A DNA stretch of 61,815 nucleotides, counting the filler, from Nitrospinota bacterium (GTDB lineage: Bacteria > JAUXIQ01): the NCBI GenBank assembly GCA_030620925.1. It is 10 parts of 10 records of this genome, joined end to end, with 100 filler letters (N's around TTAATTAATTAA, not from the genome) between each part and the next. Parts side by side here need not be neighbours in the genome. Positions count along the whole stretch, not along the records: positions 1 to 8,782 come from JAUXIQ010000060.1; positions 8,883 to 11,558 come from JAUXIQ010000423.1; 8 more parts are not named here. One strand, 5' to 3'. A model generated the notes under the pieces. That model was not told the origin of the DNA. It did no database searches and saw only the letters and a list, made by a program, of their open reading frames with translations. Within the stretch, counting starts at the first letter, position 1, and every line of letters begins with the position of its first letter. The translations under genes were made by a program, and so were the position numbers. This document shows, in pieces, positions 1-9,263 of the stretch.

Positions 1-507
1 ACCACCAATGGCGACTAAACCTTAACTCGAAATTCAGAAGCAGAATTCGAAATCATCATATGTGACATGAAAATGCCCGGCATGAGCGGTATAGAATTAT
101 ACGAGCGTTTAAGCGAAGAATATCCTCAAGCGCTTAGTAAAATAATAGTGGCTACTGGAGACACCATCTCTAAGGAAACCAAGAAGTTTCTGGAAGAAAC
201 AGATGTTGCACACATAATGAAACCTGTAAATATTGATGAATTGGTAAACGTGATGTCGGCCATGGTCTCCAGCTTCTCGCTGTCCAACGGCAGCGGTAAA
301 ACCGCCACCAAGAGGCGCACCGGCGAAACACACTTTGGCCAGCGCCCGGTAGGGGCGCACCAGCAGAACGTTCTCCAGAAAACTAAGGCGGCTATGAAAG
401 GTGATGGCGACGACGGTGGCAGCGGCGATGACTCGAATAAGGAAACGCCTGAAAAACTTATACCTTTCAAGGAAGACGAAGACGGAAAGACACTGACCGA
501 TTTTTAA
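1..507 (+). CDS. Receiver (REC) domain protein, 5'-partial (response regulator or C-terminus of a hybrid kinase), with low-complexity C-terminal tail; in-frame TAA at 16-18
   Basis: Frame 1 from base 1 reads TTNGD*TLTRNSEAEFEIIICDMKMPGMSGIELY...IIVATGD...IMKPVNIDEL, giving the REC motifs D-x-x-MP-x-x-x-G, TG and KP. Confidence 0.8.
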
Positions 508-838
508 ACCGGTTTTATCGCGAACGGGAGGGGCACGTGCACTCTGCTCGTGCTCCTGAGGCACGAGGCCTCCGGTAATTTAAAGGGTTGTTAACAATTC
601 CCTCCTCCTAAGATACCCAACTCACCGGAGGAGGCCTGCGGCCCTGGCCGCCCGCCCTCTCCGAAATAGACGCCGCCAGGGCAAATGCACCTATGCGCTG
701 CAGCGCCACGGCTATGATGGCGTATTTCATTCCCGCTCTCAGCGCCAACCAGGTCTTCCATTCCATTTCGCTCCCCCCCTTAATAGATGACATGCGCAAC
801 GTAATGAAAGCTCTGTCAAGCACAGGGTTAGAATCCTG

Positions 839-867
839 TTGACAATACTGAGAGTCAACGTTATTAT
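839..867 (+). promoter_or_regulatory. Sigma70-type promoter of the Liv-type binding protein/permease operon, overlapped by the inverted repeat GTTGAC-N10-GTCAAC
   Basis: TTGACA (839-844), 17 nt spacer, TATTAT (862-867); palindrome arms at 838-843 and 854-859. Confidence 0.7.
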
Positions 868-933
868 TTTGTGCCTAAAATAATATTCTATTTAAACAAT
901 TACCGTCTAAATTCGCTAAACAAGGGGGGCGAG

Positions 934-2151
934 ATGAAGAAAAAAAGACTCATAATCACGATTTTTTTCGTTCTGGTTATGGCCGCGATGGCCTTTACAA
1001 ACGGCGCGGCTTACGCTGGAAAAGCCCCTAAGGAGATTCTCATCGGGGGCACGGCGGCGGCCACGGGCAAGTTCAGCGGTTACGGAGAGCTTTATCGAAA
1101 GATGCATGATACCTGGGCCTCCATGATAAACGAGAGGGGCGGTCTCTACGTCAAGGAGTACGGAAAACGCATCCCCGTGAGGGTGATCACCTACGATGAC
1201 AAAAGCGATCCTAACACCGCGATAAAGTTTTACGAGCGCCTGGTAACAGTGGACAAGGTGGACCTGCTTATCGGCCCCTTCAGCAGTCCTTTGACCTTCG
1301 CCGCCAGCACAGTGTCTGAAAAGCACAAGGTGCCCATGGTTGCCATATGCGCCAACTCCCCCAAGATTTACGCCCGGGACTTCAAATGGATAGTGGGGGT
1401 GCTGGATTCGGCCCTCAACTGGTCCTACCAGTATTTCAGTATGTTGAAGAGCGAAGGCAGGGTCAAGACCGTGGCCATGATCAGCGAGGATAACCTGCAT
1501 GCCAAAGGAGTCTATAAGGGCTCCCTGAAAATCGCCAAGGACATGGGTTTCCAGGTGGTGTTCAAGGAAATAGCCCCTTCGGACATCCGCGACTTCACCC
1601 CCATCATCACCAAGCTCAAGGCGTTGAATGCCGACGTGGTGTTCATCTCGGCCTTCCATACGTTCGAAGTCACTTTCATGAAGCAGGCCAAGGAGTTCGG
1701 GCTCAACCCCATGGAGTTCCACGTAACGCACGGCGGTAAGGGTTTTGACAGCCCCCTGGGCGCAGACGCCAACTACGTCACTAGCGACGTCTACTGGATG
1801 CCGGGAATAACTTACAGCGACACCGCCTTTTTCCAGAAGCTGCTGGCAAAATCGGGAATGGAGGTGGGAAAGTATCCTTACTCCGCCATCCGTATGACCG
1901 CTCTGGAAACGGTCGCCGCCGCCATAGAGCAGGCAGGCACGCTGGACAAAACCAAGCTCATGGAAACGCTCAAAAACCTCAACATCATGACCATCGGCGG
2001 CCCCATGAGATTTCAGCCCAACGGAGTGGGGACTTATAACCCCTTCCCGGTGCAGTTCTACAATGGAGAATACTTCGCCGTCTGGCCGCCCGCGATAGTG
2101 AAGACCAAGCACATCTACCCCACGCCTTCGTGGGGTGAACGTAAGAAGTGA
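934..2151 (+). CDS. Branched-chain amino acid (Liv/HAAT family) ABC transporter substrate-binding protein
   Basis: Signal peptide MKKKRLIITIFFVLVMAAMAF after RBS AAGGGGGG; motifs YDDKSDP, DKVDLLIGPFSS, DFTPIITKLK. ATG 934 preferred over GTG 871. Confidence 0.9.
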   Translation: MKKKRLIITIFFVLVMAAMAFTNGAAYAGKAPKEILIGGTAAATGKFSGYGELYRKMHDTWASMINERGGLYVKEYGKRIPVRVITYDDKSDPNTAIKFYERLVTVDKVDLLIGPFSSPLTFAASTVSEKHKVPMVAICANSPKIYARDFKWIVGVLDSALNWSYQYFSMLKSEGRVKTVAMISEDNLHAKGVYKGSLKIAKDMGFQVVFKEIAPSDIRDFTPIITKLKALNADVVFISAFHTFEVTFMKQAKEFGLNPMEFHVTHGGKGFDSPLGADANYVTSDVYWMPGITYSDTAFFQKLLAKSGMEVGKYPYSAIRMTALETVAAAIEQAGTLDKTKLMETLKNLNIMTIGGPMRFQPNGVGTYNPFPVQFYNGEYFAVWPPAIVKTKHIYPTPSWGERKK

Positions 2152-3023
2152 TCAGCTTCCCCATAATTTTACAGCTAATCATAGGAGGGATTCTGTTAGG
2201 GGGGATTTACGCTCTTGCCGCTTTCGGGTTGTCTCTCATCTTCGGCGTTTCCAGGGTGTTGAACATAGCCCACGGGGATATGCTGATGCTGGGGGCCTTA
2301 ATGAGCTACGGGGTGTTCAGCTTTATGGGTGTAAATCCCTTCTATTCTCTTTTCATCATATTGCCCTTCTTCTTCGCCGTGGGGATGGTTTTCGAACGGT
2401 TTCTCATCCGGCCCATAGCGGGCAGGCCTCACCACGAGGCGCTGGTGGCCTCCGTCCTTATCACCCTGGGCGCTTCGCTGACTATAGCCGACCTGACCTC
2501 CTTCTTCACCGGAGCCGATGTGAAGGGCATCTCCTACTCGCTGCCCCCGCTGAACATAGGGCTATTCTCTGTTTCCTCGCTCCGACTGCTCGTTCTGGGG
2601 GTCATCCTGGTCCTCACCCTCTGCCTCCATTTTTACCTGAGACGAACATTCACGGGGATGGCCATACGTGCGATCACCCAGGAGAGGGAAGGGGCCATGC
2701 TGGTGGGCGTCAACATATCCCGGGTATCCATGGTGACCTTCGGCATCGGCACCTCCACTGCCGCGGCGGCGGGGATGTTCTTCGCCATCTTATTCGCAGT
2801 CACCCCCTTCATGGGTATACCCCTTACCGTAAAATACCTGGCTATCATCGTGCTGGGCGGACTGGGAAGCCTGGTGGGCTCTCTGGTGGGAGGGCTGATA
2901 TTGGGCCTCACCGAGTCGTTCACAGGCTTCTACCTGGGAACGCAATGGTCCCCCACGGTGGCTTTTTTAGTCCTCATTCTGATCCTTCTGTTCAGACCAA
3001 GGGGCCTGTTCGGAATAGAATAG
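2148..3023 (+). CDS. livH: Liv-type ABC transporter permease (LivH-like)
   Basis: GILLGGIYALAAFGLSLIFGVSRVLNIAHGD; GMAIRA; IIVLGGLGSL; LLFRPRGLFG. Confidence 0.9.
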   Translation: MISFPIILQLIIGGILLGGIYALAAFGLSLIFGVSRVLNIAHGDMLMLGALMSYGVFSFMGVNPFYSLFIILPFFFAVGMVFERFLIRPIAGRPHHEALVASVLITLGASLTIADLTSFFTGADVKGISYSLPPLNIGLFSVSSLRLLVLGVILVLTLCLHFYLRRTFTGMAIRAITQEREGAMLVGVNISRVSMVTFGIGTSTAAAAGMFFAILFAVTPFMGIPLTVKYLAIIVLGGLGSLVGSLVGGLILGLTESFTGFYLGTQWSPTVAFLVLILILLFRPRGLFGIE

Positions 3024-3161
3024 TTTTAATACGCGCAGATAAGGGAATATGCTAAAAGCCTTTATGGATAAGTATAGTAGCAGGATGCCTGTAAAAGACA
3101 GGTTAGAGAAGACACCGAAAAATACTGAAAAATCCCGCCATCGTTCATGCGGAGCAGAAAA

Positions 3162-4094
3162 ATGAGAAGCGTCCCTTTTAAATTGAAATGGCTCTTTCTG
3201 GCCCTGTTATTGGGGGCATTGGCAATCATACCGCTGACCGGCGCTTCCACTTACCTCGTGGTCTTTTTTTTCTTCCTGTTCATGTTCGTGGTGCTGGCCA
3301 CCAGCTACGATCTTGTGGGCGGTTATCTGGGCTACCTCAACCTGGGACACTCGGTTTTCTTCGGCATCGGCGCTTATACCTTCGGGGTACTTTTTCTGCA
3401 CAAGGTGAACCTGTCGCTTTCGTTCACGCTTTCCGCGGCCCTGCCCATGCTCTTTGCGGCGAGTATAAGCTATCCCTTCTTCAGGCTGCGGGGCGCCTAC
3501 TTCGCCCTGGCCACCTTCGGGCTGATCAGGCTTCTGGAGCTCCTGGCCCAAAATCTGACGGGCTTAACCGGCGGCTCGGGCGGCCTCTCCATAGTTTCCG
3601 GTTTTAACTTGACTACCGCCTATTACGCCGCACTGTGCCTTGTGGTGGCCGTGGTGCTGACCAGCGTCGCAGTGAACAGGACGAAGTTCGGCCTGGCCCT
3701 CACGAGCATCCGCGAGGAAGAAGATGTGGCCTCCGCTCTGGGCGTGAACGCCGCCGCCTATAAAAGCATGACCCTGATAATAAGCGCTTTTTACGCGGGC
3801 ATCATGGGCGGAATTTACATGTGGTACATAACCTACATTCACCCTTCTTCCGTTTTCGGCCTGAGGATAGCCTTGCAGCCCATCGTCATGGCCATGTTGG
3901 GCGGCTCGGGTACTGTAGGCGGGCCGGTTGTGGGGGTGGTATTTCTCTACTTCGTGGACGAATTCCTCATGACTAAAATGGCCTACCTGCACGTGGCCGT
4001 TTACGGCGTTATTATGACCCTGGTAGGTCTCTTCATGCCCGGAGGAATTATGCGCAACGCCAGATTCAAGTATTTCCTCAAGTGGGTGAAATGA
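3162..4094 (+). CDS. livM: Liv-type ABC transporter permease (LivM-like); start uncertain (3147 or 3162)
   Basis: GGYLGYLNLGHSVFFGIGAY; RLRGAYFALAT; MLGGSGTVGGPVVG; MPGGIM. Confidence 0.9.
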   Translation: MRSVPFKLKWLFLALLLGALAIIPLTGASTYLVVFFFFLFMFVVLATSYDLVGGYLGYLNLGHSVFFGIGAYTFGVLFLHKVNLSLSFTLSAALPMLFAASISYPFFRLRGAYFALATFGLIRLLELLAQNLTGLTGGSGGLSIVSGFNLTTAYYAALCLVVAVVLTSVAVNRTKFGLALTSIREEEDVASALGVNAAAYKSMTLIISAFYAGIMGGIYMWYITYIHPSSVFGLRIALQPIVMAMLGGSGTVGGPVVGVVFLYFVDEFLMTKMAYLHVAVYGVIMTLVGLFMPGGIMRNARFKYFLKWVK

Positions 4095-4210
4095 CTGCCC
4101 GCTATCTCCCTCCCATGAGACCGCTCTTTGTGCTCTTCCCATCCAGGCGGATAAGGGTCTTTCTCCTTGAGAGGTCCCGGGCAGGCCATCCACCTTCTTC
4201 AGGGGACATA

Positions 4211-4915
4211 TTAAAGCCCTAAATATGCCTGCTTCACGCGCTGGTGCTTCAATATTTCCCCGCTGTTGCCCATCAGGATGATTTTGCCCGTCTCCATGAT
4301 GTAGGCCGTGCGGGCAATTTCGAGAGCTTCTCTTATATTCTGCTCCACCAGCAGAACGGTTATGCCCTGCCTGTTTATCTCCTCCAACACAGCGAACAGT
4401 TCCCTCACCAGGAGCGGGGCCAACCCCAGGGAAGGCTCATCTAACATGAGCAGTTTCGGCCTTGCCATGAGCCCCCTCGCTATGGCCACCATCTGCTGCT
4501 CCCCACCGCTGAGCGTGCCCGCAGCCTGGGTGCGCTTTTCCTTGAGAACGGGAAACAGTTGATAGACCCATTCCAACGATTCGTCCCTCTGCTCCCTGGC
4601 CCTGCTATTGAAGCAGCCGATCTCCAGGTTCTCCCGCACAGTCATCTGAGGGAAGAGCTTTCTGCCTTCCGGGATCTGGGAGATGCCCATGTCAACTATA
4701 GCGTGGGTGGGGGCTCCGATTATCTCCCGCCCCTCGAATCTTATACTTCCACTGGAGGGCCGGAGAAGGCCGGAGATGGTTCTCAGCGTTGTGGTTTTGC
4801 CTGCGCCGTTGGAACCGATCAGAGCAACCACTTCACCCCTCTCGACCTTCAGAGAGACTCCCCACAGGGCCTGCATCTCCCCGTAGGCAACTTCTATCCC
4901 TTCTACCACGAGCAT
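4211..4915 (-). CDS. livF: Liv-type ABC transporter ATP-binding protein (LivF-like)
   Basis: GSNGAGKTT, PEGRKLFPQMTVRENL, LSGGEQQM, DEPSLGLAP, LLVEQN. Confidence 0.93.
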   Translation of the reverse strand: MLVVEGIEVAYGEMQALWGVSLKVERGEVVALIGSNGAGKTTTLRTISGLLRPSSGSIRFEGREIIGAPTHAIVDMGISQIPEGRKLFPQMTVRENLEIGCFNSRAREQRDESLEWVYQLFPVLKEKRTQAAGTLSGGEQQMVAIARGLMARPKLLMLDEPSLGLAPLLVRELFAVLEEINRQGITVLLVEQNIREALEIARTAYIMETGKIILMGNSGEILKHQRVKQAYLGL

Positions 4916-4935
4916 TCCGTTCTTTACCCTCTGAA

Positions 4936-5748
4936 TTAAAGGGGGCCGGGACGCATTCCCGTATCGCCGGTTTCCCCCAGATATGCATTGATAACCCTGG
5001 GCTCATTGGAAATCTCATCAGGCGCTCCATCGGCTATCTTTTTACCGTGGTGCAGCACCACCACCCTATCAGAGAGCCCCATTATTGCCCTCATAACATG
5101 CTCGATCATGAAGATGGTGATCCCCCTCTGCCTTATTCGGTTTATCAGCTCCATGGTCTCATTGGTCTCCCGGGGATTGAGGCCGGAAACGACCTCGTCC
5201 AGAAGCAGCAGCACGGGCATGGTGGCCAAAGCCCGTGCCATCTCCAGGCGGCGCATCTCGGCCATAGTCAGACTGTGGGCCATCTGCCGGCCCTTTTCGG
5301 CCAATGAGAAAAAATCCAATAGCTCATCCACCACTTCCTCATCCTCACCGCCCGATTTCTTCCCCCGACCGAAACGGGCCCCCACCAGTACGTTATCCCG
5401 AACGCTTATGGAGTTGAAGGGCCTCACTAGCTGGTATGTTCTGGCGATGCCCATGCGGCAAATCTGGTGTTGTTTTTTCCCCGTAATATCTCTACCCCTG
5501 AAAAGGATGCAACCCGAAGCCGGTTGATACGTGGAGGCGATGAGGTTGAAAAGGGTGGTCTTTCCCGCTCCATTGGGACCAATGAGGCCCAATATCTCAC
5601 CTTCGGAGATTGCAAAATCCACCTCGTGCAGGGCCATCAGCCCGCCGAACGTTTTAGTAATCTTCTGCCCTTCCAAGAGAGTATGTGCTGCTTCCACTAC
5701 CTGCCTCCCGAGGGGTTCATGATCCCAGCGCTCTTTTTCCAACTGCAA
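4936..5748 (-). CDS. livG: Liv-type ABC transporter ATP-binding protein (LivG-like); exact start uncertain
   Basis: KTFGGLMAL, GPNGAGKTT, GIARTYQ, LLLLDE, MIEHVM, VINAYLG. Confidence 0.9.
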   Translation of the reverse strand: MQLEKERWDHEPLGRQVVEAAHTLLEGQKITKTFGGLMALHEVDFAISEGEILGLIGPNGAGKTTLFNLIASTYQPASGCILFRGRDITGKKQHQICRMGIARTYQLVRPFNSISVRDNVLVGARFGRGKKSGGEDEEVVDELLDFFSLAEKGRQMAHSLTMAEMRRLEMARALATMPVLLLLDEVVSGLNPRETNETMELINRIRQRGITIFMIEHVMRAIMGLSDRVVVLHHGKKIADGAPDEISNEPRVINAYLGETGDTGMRPGPL

Positions 5749-5762
5749 AGCGACCGTTCATG

Positions 5763-7265
5763 CTATCTTAATTCCCTTCGTAAAATTTTCCCCACGCTGC
5801 TGGTGGGAAGACCGTCCATGAACTCCACCACCCGCGGGGCTTTGTAAGGGGCTATCCTTTCCCGGCAGAAAGAGATTATATCTTCGGCCGACGGCGCTTC
5901 CGCTCCCTCTTTCAGGACGACGCAGGCCTTTACAACCTCCCCCCGCTCCTCGTCGGGTACACCCACCGCAGCGGCCATGGCTATGTCGGGATGTGCGCAA
6001 AGTGCGTTCTCCACCTCGGCGGGGTAGACGTTATAGCCGCCGGTGATGATCATGTCTTTTTTACGGTCCACGATATAGATGTAGCCGTCTTCGTCAACCC
6101 TCCCCAGGTCGCCGGTGTGAAACCAGCCCCCCCTCAGCGCTTCAGCGTTCGCTTCAGGAAGACCCCGGTATCCTTTCATCACTGCCGGGCTCTTTATCAC
6201 TATTTCCCCCATCTCTTCGGGAGGCAGTTCGTTGACCGAATCATCCACCACCTTCACGCTGGTATGTGCGCAGGGGATGCCCACCGACCCCGGCTTAACC
6301 CGGCCGTAAACAGGGTTGGAGGCAGCCAGCCCCGTCTCGGTGAGACCGTAGGCCTCTAGTATGCGTGTGTTGAAGGCGGCCTCGAAATCTTCCATCACCT
6401 TGAGAGGCAGCGGGGCGCCTGCCGACACGCAGCGGTCGAGCGAAGCGGTATCGTAGGCGGCGGCGTTGGGGAGGTTCACCATGCGAGCGAACATGGTGGG
6501 CACCGCCTCGAACACCGTGGCACGATGCTCCTGAATCCCCTGGAGCATCTTTTCGGCGTCGAAAGCGGGCAGCACCACCAGCGTGGCGCCCGCCAGGAAT
6601 GAGCCGTTCATCACCACGTTCCCTCCGAAGACGTGGAACAGAGGCAGCGCGGTGATAACACAATCGTGTCTGTTGATTATATGGACCATGGCTGACATTT
6701 CGGCGTTTATGGTCATATTGCCGTGGGTCAACTGGGCCCCTTTCGGCTTTCCAGTCGTGCCGGAGGTATAAGGGAAGAAGAGGAAATCATCGTCCTGGCA
6801 GGGGACAAGGGGTGACGTCTGTACACTTTCCTCCAGCAGGCGGTGGAAAGAGGCAGCTCCTGCTTCATCCCCTTCGCCGGTGGTAATCACCGTTTCGAGG
6901 GAAGGGAGCTCTTTCCTGATCTCGGATATGATGGGTAAACATTCGGGTATAGCTATAACCGCCTTGGACCCCGCGTCCCCCATGATGTATCTTATCTCGT
7001 CAGCGCGGTACATAACGTTCAGGGGATTGATAACCGCACCGATCTTGGCCGCACCGTGGTAGGCTACGACGCATTCAATACTATTGGGAAGCAAGAGGGT
7101 TACCCGGTCCCCCTTCTCCACTCCCAATCTTTTGAGTGCATTGCCCGCCCTGTTAACCATGTCGTTAAGTTCGGTGTAGCTCAGGCGAGCCTCCTCCACA
7201 ACAAGCGCCGTCTTCTCGCCGAAGTTTTCGGCGCAAGCCTCCAGCATTTCACCCAGGCTGCCCAT
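5763..7265 (-). CDS. AMP-forming acyl-CoA ligase (long-chain fatty acid-CoA ligase family)
   Basis: YTSGTTGKPKG, EAYGLTE, WFHTGD, DRKKDMII, GKILRR. Confidence 0.93.
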   Translation of the reverse strand: MGSLGEMLEACAENFGEKTALVVEEARLSYTELNDMVNRAGNALKRLGVEKGDRVTLLLPNSIECVVAYHGAAKIGAVINPLNVMYRADEIRYIMGDAGSKAVIAIPECLPIISEIRKELPSLETVITTGEGDEAGAASFHRLLEESVQTSPLVPCQDDDFLFFPYTSGTTGKPKGAQLTHGNMTINAEMSAMVHIINRHDCVITALPLFHVFGGNVVMNGSFLAGATLVVLPAFDAEKMLQGIQEHRATVFEAVPTMFARMVNLPNAAAYDTASLDRCVSAGAPLPLKVMEDFEAAFNTRILEAYGLTETGLAASNPVYGRVKPGSVGIPCAHTSVKVVDDSVNELPPEEMGEIVIKSPAVMKGYRGLPEANAEALRGGWFHTGDLGRVDEDGYIYIVDRKKDMIITGGYNVYPAEVENALCAHPDIAMAAAVGVPDEERGEVVKACVVLKEGAEAPSAEDIISFCRERIAPYKAPRVVEFMDGLPTSSVGKILRRELR

Positions 7266-7743
7266 AATGTTTCCCCCTTAAACGAACAGATGATGATCGA
7301 TCTCATAAAACGAATTATCTTTCTCTTCCCTTAATCATCCAGTTGGTAAAATCGTAAAACTATATCTCACATAATGTCTTTTTAATCAATACCAATCTGC
7401 GTTGAGGGGAGACAGGCTTAATTACAGAGGGGTGTTTAAGCATTCCCAGAAGCACATTTCACGCCGGTCCATCGAGCTGACAATCCAATCCTGGATATAT
7501 AAGTTTACCCTTAACCACATTAAAGGCTTTACCAAAGGAACAAATCAGCCGATAAATATATATAATAGAGGCTAAAATATGTTGTTTTAAACAGTAAAAG
7601 TCGTTTATAATATTTAAGAAGTTTATATTTTCGTCCAATACCCTGCCGTTACGAGGGGTCTTTATATGGGGGTCATTGCGCGGAATTAAGACCGCTGGCC
7701 TTGCTCAGCGGCTTAAAGCCTGTTTAAGTTGAGGAGGTATGAA

Positions 7744-8640
7744 TTGCTTGATAATACAGCCAAAAAAGCATTGGCAGACGGCAAGTCGATCATAGGTACC
7801 ATGACTATGGAGTTCAACTCCCCGGAGATTGGAAGAGTGCTGGCTGCCGCCGGATTCGACTTCGTCATCATCGATATGGAACACTCCTCATACAGCCTGG
7901 AAACGGTGACTGACCTTATACGAGCGGCGAAGTCCAAGGGACTGAACTGCGTGGTGCGTGTTGCCGACCCCCTGTACCACCTCATGGCCCGCACATGCGA
8001 CGCCGGAGCCCAGGGGCTCATGGTACCCAGAGTGGAAACCAAGGAACAGATAGAGAGCGTGATAAACGCCATAAAGTATCCACCGCAGGGCAAGAGAGGC
8101 TACGGGATAAGGCCCATCCATACCGACTACGAGAACATGGCCCTACCCGATCTGCTCAAACAGATGAACGAAGAGAGCATGATCATCGTCCAGGTAGAGA
8201 CCGGAAAAGCGCTTGATAATATAGACGACCTGCTGGCCGTTGGTAACATCGATGTAGCATTGGTGGGCCCCTATGATCTGTCTATAAACCTGGGGGTGCC
8301 CGGGGATTTCGAGCATCGCTCAATGATCGAGGCCATCGAGTGGGTCATCCATGCGTGCAAGCAGTCAAACGTGGCCCCCGGTATCCACCTGGGGGACGTG
8401 CAATCCCTATTAAACTGGCATGAAAAGGGCATGCGCTGTCTGACTTGCTCTTCCGACCTTGGGATGTTATTTGCAACGGCCGCAGCCAATGTGAAAAAGC
8501 TCAAGGAAGGCATCTCTCCCGGGCCTAAACCCAAAGCTGCAACCGAAGAAAAAGCGCCCAAAGCTGCAGCCGAGGAGAAAACACCCAAAGCCGCAGCCGA
8601 GGAGAAAGCACCCAAAGCCGCAGCCAAAGAAAAAGCTTAA
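7744..8640 (+). CDS. HpcH/HpaI-family class II pyruvate-dependent aldolase with a repetitive C-terminal tail
   Basis: AGFDFVIIDMEH, DAGAQGLMVP, KYPPQGKRG, QVET, VGPYDLSINLG; TTG start after RBS GAGGAGG. Confidence 0.88.
   Translation: MLDNTAKKALADGKSIIGTMTMEFNSPEIGRVLAAAGFDFVIIDMEHSSYSLETVTDLIRAAKSKGLNCVVRVADPLYHLMARTCDAGAQGLMVPRVETKEQIESVINAIKYPPQGKRGYGIRPIHTDYENMALPDLLKQMNEESMIIVQVETGKALDNIDDLLAVGNIDVALVGPYDLSINLGVPGDFEHRSMIEAIEWVIHACKQSNVAPGIHLGDVQSLLNWHEKGMRCLTCSSDLGMLFATAAANVKKLKEGISPGPKPKAATEEKAPKAAAEEKTPKAAAEEKAPKAAAKEKA
8530..8637 (+). repeat. 4 x 27-bp in-frame tandem repeat encoding PKAA(T/A)(E/K)EK(A/T)
   Basis: Units start at 8530, 8557, 8584 and 8611 (cccaaagcYgcaRccRaRgaRaaaRcN). 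Confidence 0.95.
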
Positions 8641-8782
8641 GGGACTCCTGAGAATCGCAGGGATATCTTTACGTCCCGGAGATCAGTATCTGATCTCAAC
8701 AACCATTTTCCCCATCTCTTAAAATAAGTTTTTTTATCGCCTGAAAAGGTGGTAAGGGAGTTTCAGGAAAAAGTTTTTGGGG

Positions 8783-8882
8783 NNNNNNNNNNNNNNNNNN
8801 NNNNNNNNNNNNNNNNNNNNNNNNNNTTAATTAATTAANNNNNNNNNNNNNNNNNNNNNNNNNNNNNNNNNNNNNNNNNNNN
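8783..8882. other. Artificial contig-joining spacer (N44-TTAATTAATTAA-N44); identical spacers at 11559-11658, 21054-21153, 27628-27727, 31615-31714, 35384-35483, 39814-39913, 53083-53182, 57367-57466
   Basis: Identical 100-nt construct with stop codons in all six frames; genes are truncated on both sides. Confidence 0.99.
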
Positions 8883-9214
8883 CAATCGAGCAATTCCTTC
8901 AATCTTCCCTGGGCCGTATCAATATATTGCTCGACGAGTTTTTGATTGTTCAGATAGTAGCCCTGATGCACGATATCGCTGAAGAATTTCTCCTTGGTGT
9001 CGTTGAGTTCCCCAAAGAAGCCCAGCTCCCTCAGGCTGCGGCCATCCAGGGTGAAATCGGCGCCGGCCATGGGCGTCGCTCCGCAGCGGGCGAGAGGTCC
9101 CTTGCGCAACATGAGGGCCTTCGCTCCCTTCTCCCTGGCCCCGATCGCGGCCCTGAAACCCGCGCCACCGCCTCCCACGACCAACACATCCGTTTCAATG
9201 ACCTGTTGCGTCAT
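8883..9214 (-). CDS. FAD-dependent oxidoreductase, SdhA/FrdA/AprA flavoprotein superfamily, 3'-truncated by spacer
   Basis: ETDVLVVGGGGAGFRAAIGA; downstream D..G..LNNQKLVEQY pattern of this superfamily. Confidence 0.8.
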
Positions 9215-9263
9215 CTGATTTCTCCTTACTCATTCAGGCGCCCATCCCCGAGCCTCGAACAGA

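Noticed and set aside
916..2112. Long antisense ORFs (e.g. 916-2112, 12552-13556, 54304-55392, 56117-57190)
   Set aside because: Shadow frames of well-supported genes in GC3-rich DNA, with no recognisable motifs.
8530..8637. 27-bp repeats as a CRISPR array
   Set aside because: Head-to-tail with no spacers and in frame within a CDS.
8783..8882. TTAATTAATTAA recurring nine times as a possible biological repeat
   Set aside because: Always centred in exactly 44+44 N. It is a six-frame-stop scaffolding linker, so adjacency across it is meaningless.
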